DNA from: Candidatus Omnitrophota bacterium
GTDB lineage: Bacteria > Omnitrophota > Gorgyraeia > Gygaellales > Profunditerraquicolaceae
Assembly (NCBI GenBank): GCA_026416665.1
Contig: JAOAET010000057.1
Span: 1 to 62,979 of the forward strand
Length of the DNA stretch: 62,979 nucleotides
Direction of reading: 5' to 3'
The notes under the pieces are model-generated. The model had not been told where the DNA came from. It was given only the letters and a program-made list of their open reading frames with translations, and did no database searches. The translations under genes and the position numbers were made by a program. Positions 22,719-32,654 of this stretch are shown one piece after another. Each line of letters opens with the position of its first letter. Positions within the stretch are counted from its first letter, which is position 1.

Positions 22719-24037
22719 TCTTACCTGGTAAACTGACCAAGGTAGACGGTATTAGTATTGACTCGCGAACTATAAAGCAAAACCAGGCGTTTGTTGCTTT
22801 ACGTGGCAGTCGTTTTGATGGCCATGCCTTTATCAGAGAGGCATTGAGTAAAAAAGCGTCTTGTTTAATAGTAGAGAAGCTACCGCATTATCCTATAGAA
22901 AAAGATGTATCAGTGATTAAAGTAGTAGATACCTTAAAGGCGTTGCAAGATATTGCTCGTTTTCACCGACAGAGGTTTAACATACCAGTAATCGCTATTA
23001 CTGGGTCAAGTGGTAAAACAACTACCAAAGAGATGCTTGCAGAAATACTGAGAGAGCGTTTTAAGGTCTTGGCAACAGAAGGCACAAAGAATAACCATAT
23101 CGGTTTACCTTTGACGTTACTTAACTTGTGTTCTTATCATGAAGTTGCCGTTTTAGAGTTAGGAACTAACCATTTTGGTGAGATTGAACTTTTAACAAAA
23201 ATTTCTCAGCCGAACATAGGAATTATTACCAATATTGGACCAGCACACTTGGAATATTTTGGGACCTTAAATGGTGTCTTACGTGAAAAGTTTTCCCTGA
23301 TAAGACAGCTTAATTTGCCGCGAATAGCTATTTTAAATGCTGACGATACATTATTACGGCGTAAGATAAATTCTAAACTGAAAGATATTTTTGTAATTAG
23401 TTATGGTTATTTACATCCAGCTGATATTAAGGCAGAAGACCTTAAATTAGAGAATGGAAAACTTATCTTTACCACAAATTCAGGTTCTAAAATTAATTTG
23501 AATACCCTTGGAGTCCAAAACTGTTATAATGCCTTGGCAGCAGCAGCCTGTGCACGTTGTCTAGGGGTAAGTTGGTCGGTGATTGCAAAGAGACTGGCGC
23601 ATTTTGTTTTTCCTAAAGGTAGATTACAACTGCGCAGAATGGGAAAAAGTTTTGTTCTGGATGATACTTATAACGCAAATCCTGCATCTTTACGTCAGGC
23701 ACTTTTGGCTTTAGAGGATTATCAAAACCAAGGTAGAAAAATAGTTGTATTGGGTGATATGTTAGAGTTGGGTAAGTTGGCTAAGCAATTTCATTGGCAA
23801 GCAGGTAAATATATTGCTCGCATCTGTGATACAATGATTACAGTGGGGAATTTATCTAAGATAGCAAATTGCGCAGCACGTAATTTTGGCTTGAAAGATG
23901 ACCAGTTATACCATTGCCAAACAGTTCGCCAGGCCCAAGATATTCTTTTTAATAAGGTGCGGCCATCTACAAAAGATATAGTTTTGGTGAAAGGTTCACA
24001 CGCCATTGGTCTTGAGCAAATATTTTCTAACACGTAA
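22673..24037 (+). CDS. murF: UDP-MurNAc-tripeptide--D-Ala-D-Ala ligase
   Basis: TGSSGKTTTKE, DDTYNANP, LGDMLELG, VKGS. Confidence 0.95.
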   Translation: MFTITELLIATTGKLILPGKLTKVDGISIDSRTIKQNQAFVALRGSRFDGHAFIREALSKKASCLIVEKLPHYPIEKDVSVIKVVDTLKALQDIARFHRQRFNIPVIAITGSSGKTTTKEMLAEILRERFKVLATEGTKNNHIGLPLTLLNLCSYHEVAVLELGTNHFGEIELLTKISQPNIGIITNIGPAHLEYFGTLNGVLREKFSLIRQLNLPRIAILNADDTLLRRKINSKLKDIFVISYGYLHPADIKAEDLKLENGKLIFTTNSGSKINLNTLGVQNCYNALAAAACARCLGVSWSVIAKRLAHFVFPKGRLQLRRMGKSFVLDDTYNANPASLRQALLALEDYQNQGRKIVVLGDMLELGKLAKQFHWQAGKYIARICDTMITVGNLSKIANCAARNFGLKDDQLYHCQTVRQAQDILFNKVRPSTKDIVLVKGSHAIGLEQIFSNT

Positions 24038-24057
24038 AACAAATTAAATAGACAACC

Positions 24058-25146
24058 ATGTTTTACCTACTCTTTTATCCACTGCATGAGATTATCTCTT
24101 TTTTTAATATCTTTCGCTATTTGACATTTCGTTCAGTTATGGCTACTATCACAGCATTTCTAGTTAGTGTGATTTTTGGTCCATTTGTTATTAAAAAAAT
24201 TACACAGTTATCCATAGGTCAGCATATTCGTAAAGAGGACAGCGCTACTTTATATCAACTACATAAAAATAAACAAGGTACACCTACTATGGGTGGAATT
24301 CTTATATTGTTTTCTATTTTTGCCTCTACCTTATTGTGGGCTGACCTTACTAATAAACAGGTTGTTATTGTGGTCATAGGTACTTTATGGTTAGGTATAA
24401 CGGGTTTTATTGACGATTATCTAAAGCACATACGTAAATGTTCAAATGGTTTGACTGCCACAGCAAAACTTTTAAGTCAACTAATCTTAGGGCTACTTCT
24501 GGGGATATTTTTATATTTTGATCAAAATTTTAAGACATTTTTGGATGTTCCATTTTTTAAAAATATAATCTTGGATTTAGGTTATTGGTATATCCTATTA
24601 ATTGTGTTGGTAGTTGTAGGAACTTCTAACGCTGTTAACCTAACCGACGGATTAGATGGTTTAGCTATTGGTAGTGTTGTATTTAGTGCTATTCCTTTTA
24701 GTGTCTTGTGTTATGTATCAGGTAATAGCCGTTTTAGTGAGTACTTACTAATCCCTTACATTAAAGGTGCAGGGGAGCTTACGGTATTTTGTGCCAGTAT
24801 TATTGGTGCAGGTTTAGGGTTTCTGTGGTTTAATTGTTATCCTGCTAGCATATTTATGGGTGATGTTGGCTCTCTAGCATTAGGAGGTGCATTAGGGATA
24901 GTGGCTATATTAATAAAAAAAGAGTTACTCTTAGTTTTTGTGGGCGGGATATTTGTAGCGGAGGCATTCTCTGTACTTTTACAGGTAATTTTTTTTAAGC
25001 TAACAAAAAAGAGAATATTTAAGTGCTCACCTTTACACCACCACTTTCAGTTTCTAGGATGGCACGAAAATAAAGTAATTGTTCGTTTTTGGATTGTTAG
25101 CGTTATTTTAGCTCTGTTGGCACTGGTTACTTTAAAGATTCGTTAA
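24058..25146 (+). CDS. mraY: Phospho-MurNAc-pentapeptide transferase
   Basis: GTPTMGG, DDY, NAVNLTDGLDGL, FMGDVGS, PLHHHF. Confidence 0.96.
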   Translation: MFYLLFYPLHEIISFFNIFRYLTFRSVMATITAFLVSVIFGPFVIKKITQLSIGQHIRKEDSATLYQLHKNKQGTPTMGGILILFSIFASTLLWADLTNKQVVIVVIGTLWLGITGFIDDYLKHIRKCSNGLTATAKLLSQLILGLLLGIFLYFDQNFKTFLDVPFFKNIILDLGYWYILLIVLVVVGTSNAVNLTDGLDGLAIGSVVFSAIPFSVLCYVSGNSRFSEYLLIPYIKGAGELTVFCASIIGAGLGFLWFNCYPASIFMGDVGSLALGGALGIVAILIKKELLLVFVGGIFVAEAFSVLLQVIFFKLTKKRIFKCSPLHHHFQFLGWHENKVIVRFWIVSVILALLALVTLKIR

Positions 25147-26426
25147 TGATGAAAAAAGAAACATTATTCAAAAATAAAAGAGTGCTTATTGTAGGGCTAG
25201 CCCGTAGTGGTTTTGCCTGCGCACAGTTGTTGTCAAAAGCTTCTGTAAAAGTTCGGGTATCAGATAATCAACGTAATTTAATGATAGAAGAACATGCATT
25301 AACTTTAACCCGTATGGGTATTGAAATAGAAATAGGTTCACATACGAAAGATTTTTGTCAGCAAGCAGATATAGTGGTAGTTTCACCTGGAGTAAGCAAT
25401 ACCGCCTGGCCGATAGTCTGGGCACAAGAAAAAAATATTCCTATAATTAGTGAGATTGAGGTGGGGTGGCTTTTTTGTCCTTGCCCAATTATTGCGATAA
25501 CTGGCTCGACAGGAAAAACCACAACAACTACCTTAATAGGTAAAGTACTTGCTGAAGCGGGTTTCTCTGTAATTGTCTGTGGGAATATAGGCACGCCTTT
25601 TTGTCAAGAAGTTACCAGAGCAACCCAAGATAGCATAGTTGTTTTGGAAGTAAGTTCCTTTCAGTTAGAGTATATAGATAAATTTTGTCCCCATATTGCA
25701 GTGCTTACAAACATAAGTCGCAATCACCTTGATCGTTATGCCTCGATGGAGGAATATGTTGCTGCAAAAAAAAGGATATTTATGAATCAGAAAGCAGGAG
25801 ACTTTGCCCTTTTAAACGCTAAAGACAATTATACAAACGAAATGCTTAAGGATATCCGAGCTAAAATTAGGTTATTTACTTCTGGAAATGGACTAAATAT
25901 GAATGAGGCTGCTGTGATGGAAGTTTGTCGGATAATGGGGATTAGTGAAGAAGTTGCCTTAAAGGTTTTTAAGACATTTGGGGGTATTGAACACCGCATG
26001 GAAGAGGTAGCTACTATAAAGGGAGTCCGATTTATCAATGATTCAAAGGCTACTACTGCAGAGTCTTGTTTGTGGGCGTTAGAAAATATCTTGTCACCAG
26101 TTTTACTGATATGTGGTGGCAGAGACAAAGGGGTTGATTATAAAATGGTTGCATCAAAAGCTAACAATAAGGTCAAAACCGCTTTTCTTATCGGAGAAGC
26201 AAGGGAGAAAATTGCAAAGGCTTTTGCTGGAAAAATTCCTTTTTGCGAATGTAGCAGTTTAGAAGAAGCAGTAGAACAAGCGTTTAATAAGGCTAACCCA
26301 GGAGATGTGATTTTATTATCTCCAATGTGTTCTAGTTTTGATATGTTCTTAGACTACGAACACAGGGGAAAGGCTTTTAAAAAAATTGTTTTTAAACTCA
26401 AAGATAGGTTGGGACAGTTTGTATGA
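25146..26426 (+). CDS. murD: UDP-MurNAc-L-Ala--D-Glu ligase
   Basis: GLARSG, SPG, TGSTGKTT, EVSSFQL, NDSKAT, SP.CSSFDMF. Confidence 0.95.
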   Translation: MMKKETLFKNKRVLIVGLARSGFACAQLLSKASVKVRVSDNQRNLMIEEHALTLTRMGIEIEIGSHTKDFCQQADIVVVSPGVSNTAWPIVWAQEKNIPIISEIEVGWLFCPCPIIAITGSTGKTTTTTLIGKVLAEAGFSVIVCGNIGTPFCQEVTRATQDSIVVLEVSSFQLEYIDKFCPHIAVLTNISRNHLDRYASMEEYVAAKKRIFMNQKAGDFALLNAKDNYTNEMLKDIRAKIRLFTSGNGLNMNEAAVMEVCRIMGISEEVALKVFKTFGGIEHRMEEVATIKGVRFINDSKATTAESCLWALENILSPVLLICGGRDKGVDYKMVASKANNKVKTAFLIGEAREKIAKAFAGKIPFCECSSLEEAVEQAFNKANPGDVILLSPMCSSFDMFLDYEHRGKAFKKIVFKLKDRLGQFV

Positions 26427-27520
26427 TGATGCGCACAGTAAGAATTCAGTTAGCAATGACAACTTTGGTATTAATATGTATTGGTATAGTTATGATCTAC
26501 AGCTCTTCGGCTATCTTTGCACTGGAGCGATATAAGGATAGTAGTTTCTTTTTGAAACGCCATCTGATTTTTGTTGTATTAGGTTTTTTGGCTACTTTTA
26601 TGGTAATGTCTATAGATTATAAAAGATTACGAGTTTTTAGTAAACCTTTGTTGATAACAGCGTTAATCTTATTAATTTTAGTTCTTATTCCCGGTATTGG
26701 TAAAGAAGTTGCAGGTGCCCGGAGGTGGTTTAGGTATAAGTTTATCAGTTTCCAACCTTCTGAGTTTGCAGGACTTGCTTTGGTAATTTACTTAGCCGAC
26801 TTTATTAGTCGTAAGGAGGCAGATATTCGTTCACTAACCAGAGCGCTTATGCCAGTTCTATTAGTTTTAGGGGCAATTTGTCTTTTATTACTTGCTCAGC
26901 CTGACCTTGGGACTACTATTTCTCTGGCTACAGTTGTATTTGTTATGCTTTTTGTAGCAGGCGTAGATGGACGCTATTTACTTGGACTTTTAACTACAGC
27001 AGCAGTTTTTTTCTGGTTATTGATTATTAAGGAACCTTATCGTATGAGAAGGATGACAGCATTCCTTAATCCTTGGTTGGATCCTCAAGGCAGTGGTTTT
27101 CAGATTATTCAGTCACAAATTGCTCTGGGTTCAGGTGGAATTCTAGGGGTTGGGTTGGGACAGTCAAAGCAGAAATTATTTTATTTACCCGCTGCCCATA
27201 CAGATTTTATCTTTTCTATAATTGGTGAGGAATTAGGATTATTGGGGGCAATAGCAGTGATTCTTCTATTTATTATTTTCATTCGGTTAGGGATTAAGAT
27301 TATTAAATATAGCCATGATAGATTTGGATTTTTTTTGGCATTAGGACTGCTTACACTTTTAACTTTTAAGTCTGTAGTAAATCTCGGCGTATCTTGTGGG
27401 GTCTTCCCTACTAAAGGTTTACCTTTACCTTTTATTAGTTATGGTGGTTCTTCTTTTATATTTGATATGATAAGTGTAGGTCTGTTACTTAATATTGCGC
27501 GAGTAGGTGATTCGGCATAA
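26423..27520 (+). CDS. ftsW: SEDS peptidoglycan polymerase FtsW
   Basis: GARRW, FQPSE, QPDLG, LPAAHTDFIF, LPFISYGGSS; in the dcw cluster. Confidence 0.95.
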   Translation: MMMRTVRIQLAMTTLVLICIGIVMIYSSSAIFALERYKDSSFFLKRHLIFVVLGFLATFMVMSIDYKRLRVFSKPLLITALILLILVLIPGIGKEVAGARRWFRYKFISFQPSEFAGLALVIYLADFISRKEADIRSLTRALMPVLLVLGAICLLLLAQPDLGTTISLATVVFVMLFVAGVDGRYLLGLLTTAAVFFWLLIIKEPYRMRRMTAFLNPWLDPQGSGFQIIQSQIALGSGGILGVGLGQSKQKLFYLPAAHTDFIFSIIGEELGLLGAIAVILLFIIFIRLGIKIIKYSHDRFGFFLALGLLTLLTFKSVVNLGVSCGVFPTKGLPLPFISYGGSSFIFDMISVGLLLNIARVGDSA

Positions 27521-27552
27521 TTTGTCAACTTTAAGAAGTAATTGATTTGATA

Positions 27553-28644
27553 ATGAAGATTTTAGTAGTTACAGGGCATAGTGCAGGGCATATATTTCCT
27601 GCGGTTAGTTTTATTCAGACATTAAAAGAAAAATTTCCTGATACTTCATGTTTATTAGTTGTCCCGAAAAAAAACTCGCTACCAATGGATTATTTTACCG
27701 GAAGAGATATTCAGTATATTACCTCAGCAAAATTGTCATTTGATACAATCGGCAAGACAGCGGAATCAATAATAGGGCTTATGCGTCAATTTATACAGTC
27801 TGCTAATATTTTGTTTTGTTATAAACCAGATGTTATAATAGGTTTTGGTAGCATCGTTTGTATTTGGTTTTTGATTCTTGGTTGGTTGTGCAGGATTAAC
27901 ACTGTCTTACATGAACAGAATGTTGTGCCGGGGAGAGCAAATCGTTTTCTTTCATATATAGTAGATACTATTTGTGTTTCATTTCCAGAAACTTTAGATT
28001 TTTTTCCAAAGCAAAAGAAAAATTTATTGGTTACAGGTAATCCTATAAAAAGACAGATTCATCACGTAAGTAAGCAACAAGCACTAAAGTATTTTGGTTT
28101 AGATGAAAAAAAATTTACAATTTTAGTTATGGGTGGTAGTCAATCCAGCCTTGCTGTAAATAGAATGTCTCTTGAGACATTTGCTTATCTTAGACAAAAA
28201 GATGCCTTGCAGGTAATTCATCTTTGTGGTAGTAAAGAAGAGGCACAGATAAAAGATACTTATCTTAAATTAGGTATTTCCGCTTCTGTTTTTGCTTTTC
28301 TAAAAGAGATGGAATTTGCTTATAGTATAGCAGACTTAGTATTTTGTCGGGCAGGGGCAACAACTCTTACAGAATTGTGTTATTATAGAATTCCCGCAAT
28401 ACTTTTTCCTTATCCTTTTGCGGGAAATCATCAATACTATAATGCCGAATTATTAAGTAAAAAGGGTTGTTGCAAGTTGGTAGAAGAAAGATTTTTCTCA
28501 GCAAAACAACTTGCACAGTTTTTAGAGGAGGTCTTGACTAATAAGAGAATACTTTTTCAGATGTCTAATGCCTATCCTCAGCTTAACGTGGAGAAGGCAG
28601 CAGAGAATTTAGTTGCGACAGTTCTAAGAAGGGAACCGTTATGA
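27553..28644 (+). CDS. murG: Lipid II GlcNAc transferase
   Basis: HEQN..PGRANR, TGNP, GGSQ, RAGATT, HQ..NA; first G-loop is divergent. Confidence 0.9.
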   Translation: MKILVVTGHSAGHIFPAVSFIQTLKEKFPDTSCLLVVPKKNSLPMDYFTGRDIQYITSAKLSFDTIGKTAESIIGLMRQFIQSANILFCYKPDVIIGFGSIVCIWFLILGWLCRINTVLHEQNVVPGRANRFLSYIVDTICVSFPETLDFFPKQKKNLLVTGNPIKRQIHHVSKQQALKYFGLDEKKFTILVMGGSQSSLAVNRMSLETFAYLRQKDALQVIHLCGSKEEAQIKDTYLKLGISASVFAFLKEMEFAYSIADLVFCRAGATTLTELCYYRIPAILFPYPFAGNHQYYNAELLSKKGCCKLVEERFFSAKQLAQFLEEVLTNKRILFQMSNAYPQLNVEKAAENLVATVLRREPL

Positions 28645-30041
28645 CTAAACATTATCATCTTATTGGAATCGGTGGAATAGGAATGAGTGGTATTGCCCAC
28701 TTGTTATTGGCAAATGGTTTTAAAGTTTCGGGTTCAGATATAAAGGAGACAAAGATTACTCAGTTTTTACGTTCTCAAGGGGCTCAGATTTTTATTGGGC
28801 ATAATGCAGAACACATAAAACAAGCAGATGTGGTAGTTTACTCTTCAGCAATAAAAGAAGACAATCCTGAGCTGGTTGCTGCGCATAAAAAAAATCTTTT
28901 GGTTATTCATCGGGCACAAGCCTTAGCAATGCTTATGCGTAATAAGACCGTGGTAGCAGTAAGTGGTAGCCATGGTAAAACCACCACAGCTTCGTTGGCA
29001 AGCTTTTTATTATTAGAAGCGGGTCTTACTCCCACAATAGCAGTGGGAGGAATAATAAAGAATATCGGTAAGAATGCAGAAGATAACAAAGGTGAGTTTT
29101 TTGTTGCTGAGGCAGATGAGTCAGATGGGTCATTTCTTTTTTATGAGCCAACCTATACTATTATTACCAATGTGGATAGAGAACATCTTGATTATTATCG
29201 TGACTTTGAGCAACTTAAAAAAGCCTACGCAGATTTTATTGAGAAAACTGCCTCTTCTGGAATAGCAATATGTTGTGCGGATGATGTGACGCTTAACCTT
29301 ATTACTGAACATTCAAACAAGAAAATTATAACTTACAGTATTGAAAAAAAGGCACCAGTATATGCAACAAATATTAAATTTCATAATCTTACTTCGGAAT
29401 TTGACTGTTACTATAAGGAAAAATTACTTGGACATTTTCATCTTGCTTTGGGTGGAAGACATAATGTTTCTAATGCCTTAGCAGTAATAGCGTTGGGTAT
29501 GGAGTTAGGAATTTCTTTTGAGATTATTAGCCGCACTTTAAGTTCTTATAAGGGAACGGCAAGAAGGCTAGAAGTAAAATTTGAAAATAGCAACTTAATT
29601 ATACTTGATGATTATGCACATCATCCTACGGAGATTTCCGCAACTATTTCGGCTGTGCGTAATCTTAATTTTAAACGATTAGTGGTCGTATTTCAGCCTC
29701 ATCGTTTCAGCCGAACAAAGATTCTACTTTCAGATTTTGGTTATTGTTTTAAAGAAGCAGATGTAATCGTACTTACCGATATTTATCCTGCACATGAACA
29801 ACCAATTGATGGTATTAATGCCCAGGTAGTTGCCCTACAGATAAAAAACTCTTTTCCTGAAAAAGATGTTTTTGTAGTAAGTAAAGAGAAATTATCAGAT
29901 TTTGTTTACCATTTTATCATACCAGGTGATTGCATACTTTTCCTAGGCGCAGGAGATATTGTAAAAATTTCTGATGAGTTGGTACAAAGAATTAAATTAT
30001 GTAACTCTGAGGCAACCTTTAAGCAATTTGACTACGTTTAG
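28641..30041 (+). CDS. murC: UDP-MurNAc--L-alanine ligase
   Basis: GIGGIGMSG, HGKTTT, EADESD, DDYAHHP, FQPHR. Confidence 0.96.
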   Translation: MTKHYHLIGIGGIGMSGIAHLLLANGFKVSGSDIKETKITQFLRSQGAQIFIGHNAEHIKQADVVVYSSAIKEDNPELVAAHKKNLLVIHRAQALAMLMRNKTVVAVSGSHGKTTTASLASFLLLEAGLTPTIAVGGIIKNIGKNAEDNKGEFFVAEADESDGSFLFYEPTYTIITNVDREHLDYYRDFEQLKKAYADFIEKTASSGIAICCADDVTLNLITEHSNKKIITYSIEKKAPVYATNIKFHNLTSEFDCYYKEKLLGHFHLALGGRHNVSNALAVIALGMELGISFEIISRTLSSYKGTARRLEVKFENSNLIILDDYAHHPTEISATISAVRNLNFKRLVVVFQPHRFSRTKILLSDFGYCFKEADVIVLTDIYPAHEQPIDGINAQVVALQIKNSFPEKDVFVVSKEKLSDFVYHFIIPGDCILFLGAGDIVKISDELVQRIKLCNSEATFKQFDYV

Positions 30042-30867
30042 GATAGGGGGTACAGCTCAGTTTTTTGCGCGACCTCCTGATCTTGAACAATTGATTAAAC
30101 TTGTTTGGGTTGCCCAAAAAAAAGGCATTGACGTTCGTATTCTCGGAGCAGGCAGCAATATTCTTGTGGAAGATAAAATAATAAAAGGTTTAGTTATACA
30201 ATTAAGTAGTCCTTTTTTTCAAACCTTACAGATAAGTGATGATAAAGTTATTGCCTATGCAGGTGTTTACTTAAATAAACTTGTTCATTTTTGCTTGAGG
30301 CATTCCTTAACAGGTGCAGAATTTTTGTCAGGGATTCCTGGAACAATTGGTGGCGCCTTAGTGATGAATGCAGGGATTCGAGATGGTAATATCACCAGAC
30401 AGATCTCTGATATAGTTGAATGTATTTGGGTTATTGATTATAATAATGGTCGAATAAAGTTAATTTTGGCTCAGGAAGCAGGTTTTGCTTACCGAAATTC
30501 TACGTTGGATAAGTTTATAGTGATAGCTGCTCAATTGGGGTTATCTAAGGGAAGAAAACAGCAGATTCGTAACAAAATAAAAAAATATATTTTAAGACGT
30601 AGAGATACACAAGATTGGTCTTATCCAAACGCTGGTTGTATCTTCAAGAATCCGCCGGATGCTTCTGCAGGACAGTTAATTGATTCTTGCGGATTAAAAG
30701 GAGCTATTTATGGTGGCGCTCAGATATCTTTTCGTCATGCCAATTTTATTCTTAATAAAGAAAAGGCAAAATGTTCGGATGTACTTAATCTAATGCGTCT
30801 TGCTCAACGGTGCGTAATGAAAAAATACGGTATTAGTTTAGAGCCAGAGATAAAAATATGGAAGTAA
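29974..30867 (+). CDS. murB: UDP-N-acetylenolpyruvoylglucosamine reductase
   Basis: TTFRIGG, GAGSN, GIPGTIGGA..MNAG, GCIFKNP, HANF, LEPE. Confidence 0.95.
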   Translation: MSWYKELNYVTLRQPLSNLTTFRIGGTAQFFARPPDLEQLIKLVWVAQKKGIDVRILGAGSNILVEDKIIKGLVIQLSSPFFQTLQISDDKVIAYAGVYLNKLVHFCLRHSLTGAEFLSGIPGTIGGALVMNAGIRDGNITRQISDIVECIWVIDYNNGRIKLILAQEAGFAYRNSTLDKFIVIAAQLGLSKGRKQQIRNKIKKYILRRRDTQDWSYPNAGCIFKNPPDASAGQLIDSCGLKGAIYGGAQISFRHANFILNKEKAKCSDVLNLMRLAQRCVMKKYGISLEPEIKIWK

Positions 30868-31826
30868 GAGAGTCTTTTATAACTGAAGAAGCGAAGATAC
30901 GGTTTGGTCGTATTGGAGTACTAATGGGCGGTTTTTCTAGTGAACGTGATATTTCACTTCGTTCAGGAACCGCAGTATATGAAAGTTTAAAGAAACAACA
31001 ATTTGATGTTGTCGCTATAGACATTCAAGATTCAGATCGCGAAAAGATAAAACAGATATTAAAAAAAAATCAGATAAATACAGCTTTTATTGCTTTACAT
31101 GGGATATTTGGAGAAGATGGGCAGATCCAGTCTATTTTAGAAGAGATGGGTATTTCCTATACTGGTTCAGGTGTGCAGGCAAGCCGTAATGCCTTAGATA
31201 AAGTGCAAGCAAAAAAAATTTTTACCCGTTATGGTTTACCTACACCCGAGTGGGTGACGCATTATAAACAAGATTATCAAAACCAAAAACCATTATTTGT
31301 GCCTTTTAGTTTACCTTGGATTGTTAAACCCTCCGCTAATGGTTCAAGTATTGGTGTTTCTTTGGTTGAAGAGCCAGAACAGGTAAAAGAGGCTTTAGAG
31401 AAGGCATTCTTTTTTGATAGTTGTGTTATTGTAGAGCAGTTTATAAAAGGTAGAGAAATGACCATTGGAATTATTAATAATAGACCATTATGTGTTATTG
31501 AGGTGGTGCCTAAGAACAGATGGTTTGACTTTGAGGCAAAGTACCAAAAAGGTTTAACCGAGTATATTATCCCCGCTGTATTAGACGAATCTTTGGCACA
31601 AACTTTACAAGATGCAGCATTAGCTGCCCATCGGATACTTGGTTGTCGCGGTTTTTCACGTGTAGACCTTATGTTAGATAAAAACAATAAGTTTTTTATT
31701 TTAGAAGTAAATACCATACCCGGTCTTACCTCTACCAGCCTCCTTCCTAAAGCAGCCGCAGTAGCTGGAATTAGTTTTGATCAACTTTGTTTGCAGTTAT
31801 TAGAGACAATTTATGAAAAAGGATAA
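30858..31826 (+). CDS. ddl: D-alanine--D-alanine ligase
   Basis: GG.SSERDISL.SG, LHG..GEDG, GSSIG, LEVNTIPG. Confidence 0.95.
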   Translation: MEVRESFITEEAKIRFGRIGVLMGGFSSERDISLRSGTAVYESLKKQQFDVVAIDIQDSDREKIKQILKKNQINTAFIALHGIFGEDGQIQSILEEMGISYTGSGVQASRNALDKVQAKKIFTRYGLPTPEWVTHYKQDYQNQKPLFVPFSLPWIVKPSANGSSIGVSLVEEPEQVKEALEKAFFFDSCVIVEQFIKGREMTIGIINNRPLCVIEVVPKNRWFDFEAKYQKGLTEYIIPAVLDESLAQTLQDAALAAHRILGCRGFSRVDLMLDKNNKFFILEVNTIPGLTSTSLLPKAAAVAGISFDQLCLQLLETIYEKG

Positions 31827-32628
31827 TCGTTTTCAAAAAAACCGAAAAGTAATTTTTCGGGCAATTCGTCTTTTTTTCTTTTGGTCATTCATTAGTTTCG
31901 TTATTATTAGTCTTATGGTTCGTCTAAGTTTTCTGTTGATACACACCGATGATTTTAAGATAAAAGAAATTTTAATCAGGCATGATAACATAGTTACAAT
32001 GGCTGGAGAAGAGTTTGACTATCTTAGGGGTAAGAACCTTTTTACACTAAATCTCAAAAAAGAAGCTAGTAAAATTGCCCAACGGTATCCTTCTTGTCAG
32101 AAAGTTCGTCTGATTAAGTTTTATCCAGACCATCTCTTTATTGACTTGATAAAACGGAAGGCAGTGGCTTCTATTGGAGACTATCCGCGTGTATGTGTTG
32201 ACGAAAATGCCTATATTTTTGAAATGAATCAGTCAAATACCTGTGAAAGCCTACCCATTATTTATGGTATTGAACAATGGCAGGTTCCACTTGATCGGCA
32301 GAGTAAAAGCATGCAGTTATTTCATGCACTAAGAATTATAAAAATGTTGAGTAAACAAAACAAACTCAATAGATTTCATCTAAAAAGTTTGAATGTTACT
32401 CAGCTTAGTTCAGCTTCTTTTATCTTAGAACCAATCCAGATGGCTTCTACAAGTGAGCAGACGTCTTTTGAAGTAAGAATAGGAGAAGAGTTTTTAGAAG
32501 AAAGAATTTCTTTTCTTGCAACGCTACTTGCGCAGATGGGGGATAACCTTTATAATATTGAATATATTGATTTACGTTTTCAAGAGCCAGTAATTAAATT
32601 CCGTCAGCGGAAAAATAAAGATTATTAA
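31813..32628 (+). CDS. ftsQ: Cell division protein FtsQ/DivIB-like
   Basis: Basic tail, TM segment, POTRA-like region, C-terminal YIDLRF; lies between ddl and ftsA. Confidence 0.8.
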   Translation: MKKDNRFQKNRKVIFRAIRLFFFWSFISFVIISLMVRLSFLLIHTDDFKIKEILIRHDNIVTMAGEEFDYLRGKNLFTLNLKKEASKIAQRYPSCQKVRLIKFYPDHLFIDLIKRKAVASIGDYPRVCVDENAYIFEMNQSNTCESLPIIYGIEQWQVPLDRQSKSMQLFHALRIIKMLSKQNKLNRFHLKSLNVTQLSSASFILEPIQMASTSEQTSFEVRIGEEFLEERISFLATLLAQMGDNLYNIEYIDLRFQEPVIKFRQRKNKDY

Positions 32629-32654
32629 ATCTAATAACTTTAAATATCTTTAAA

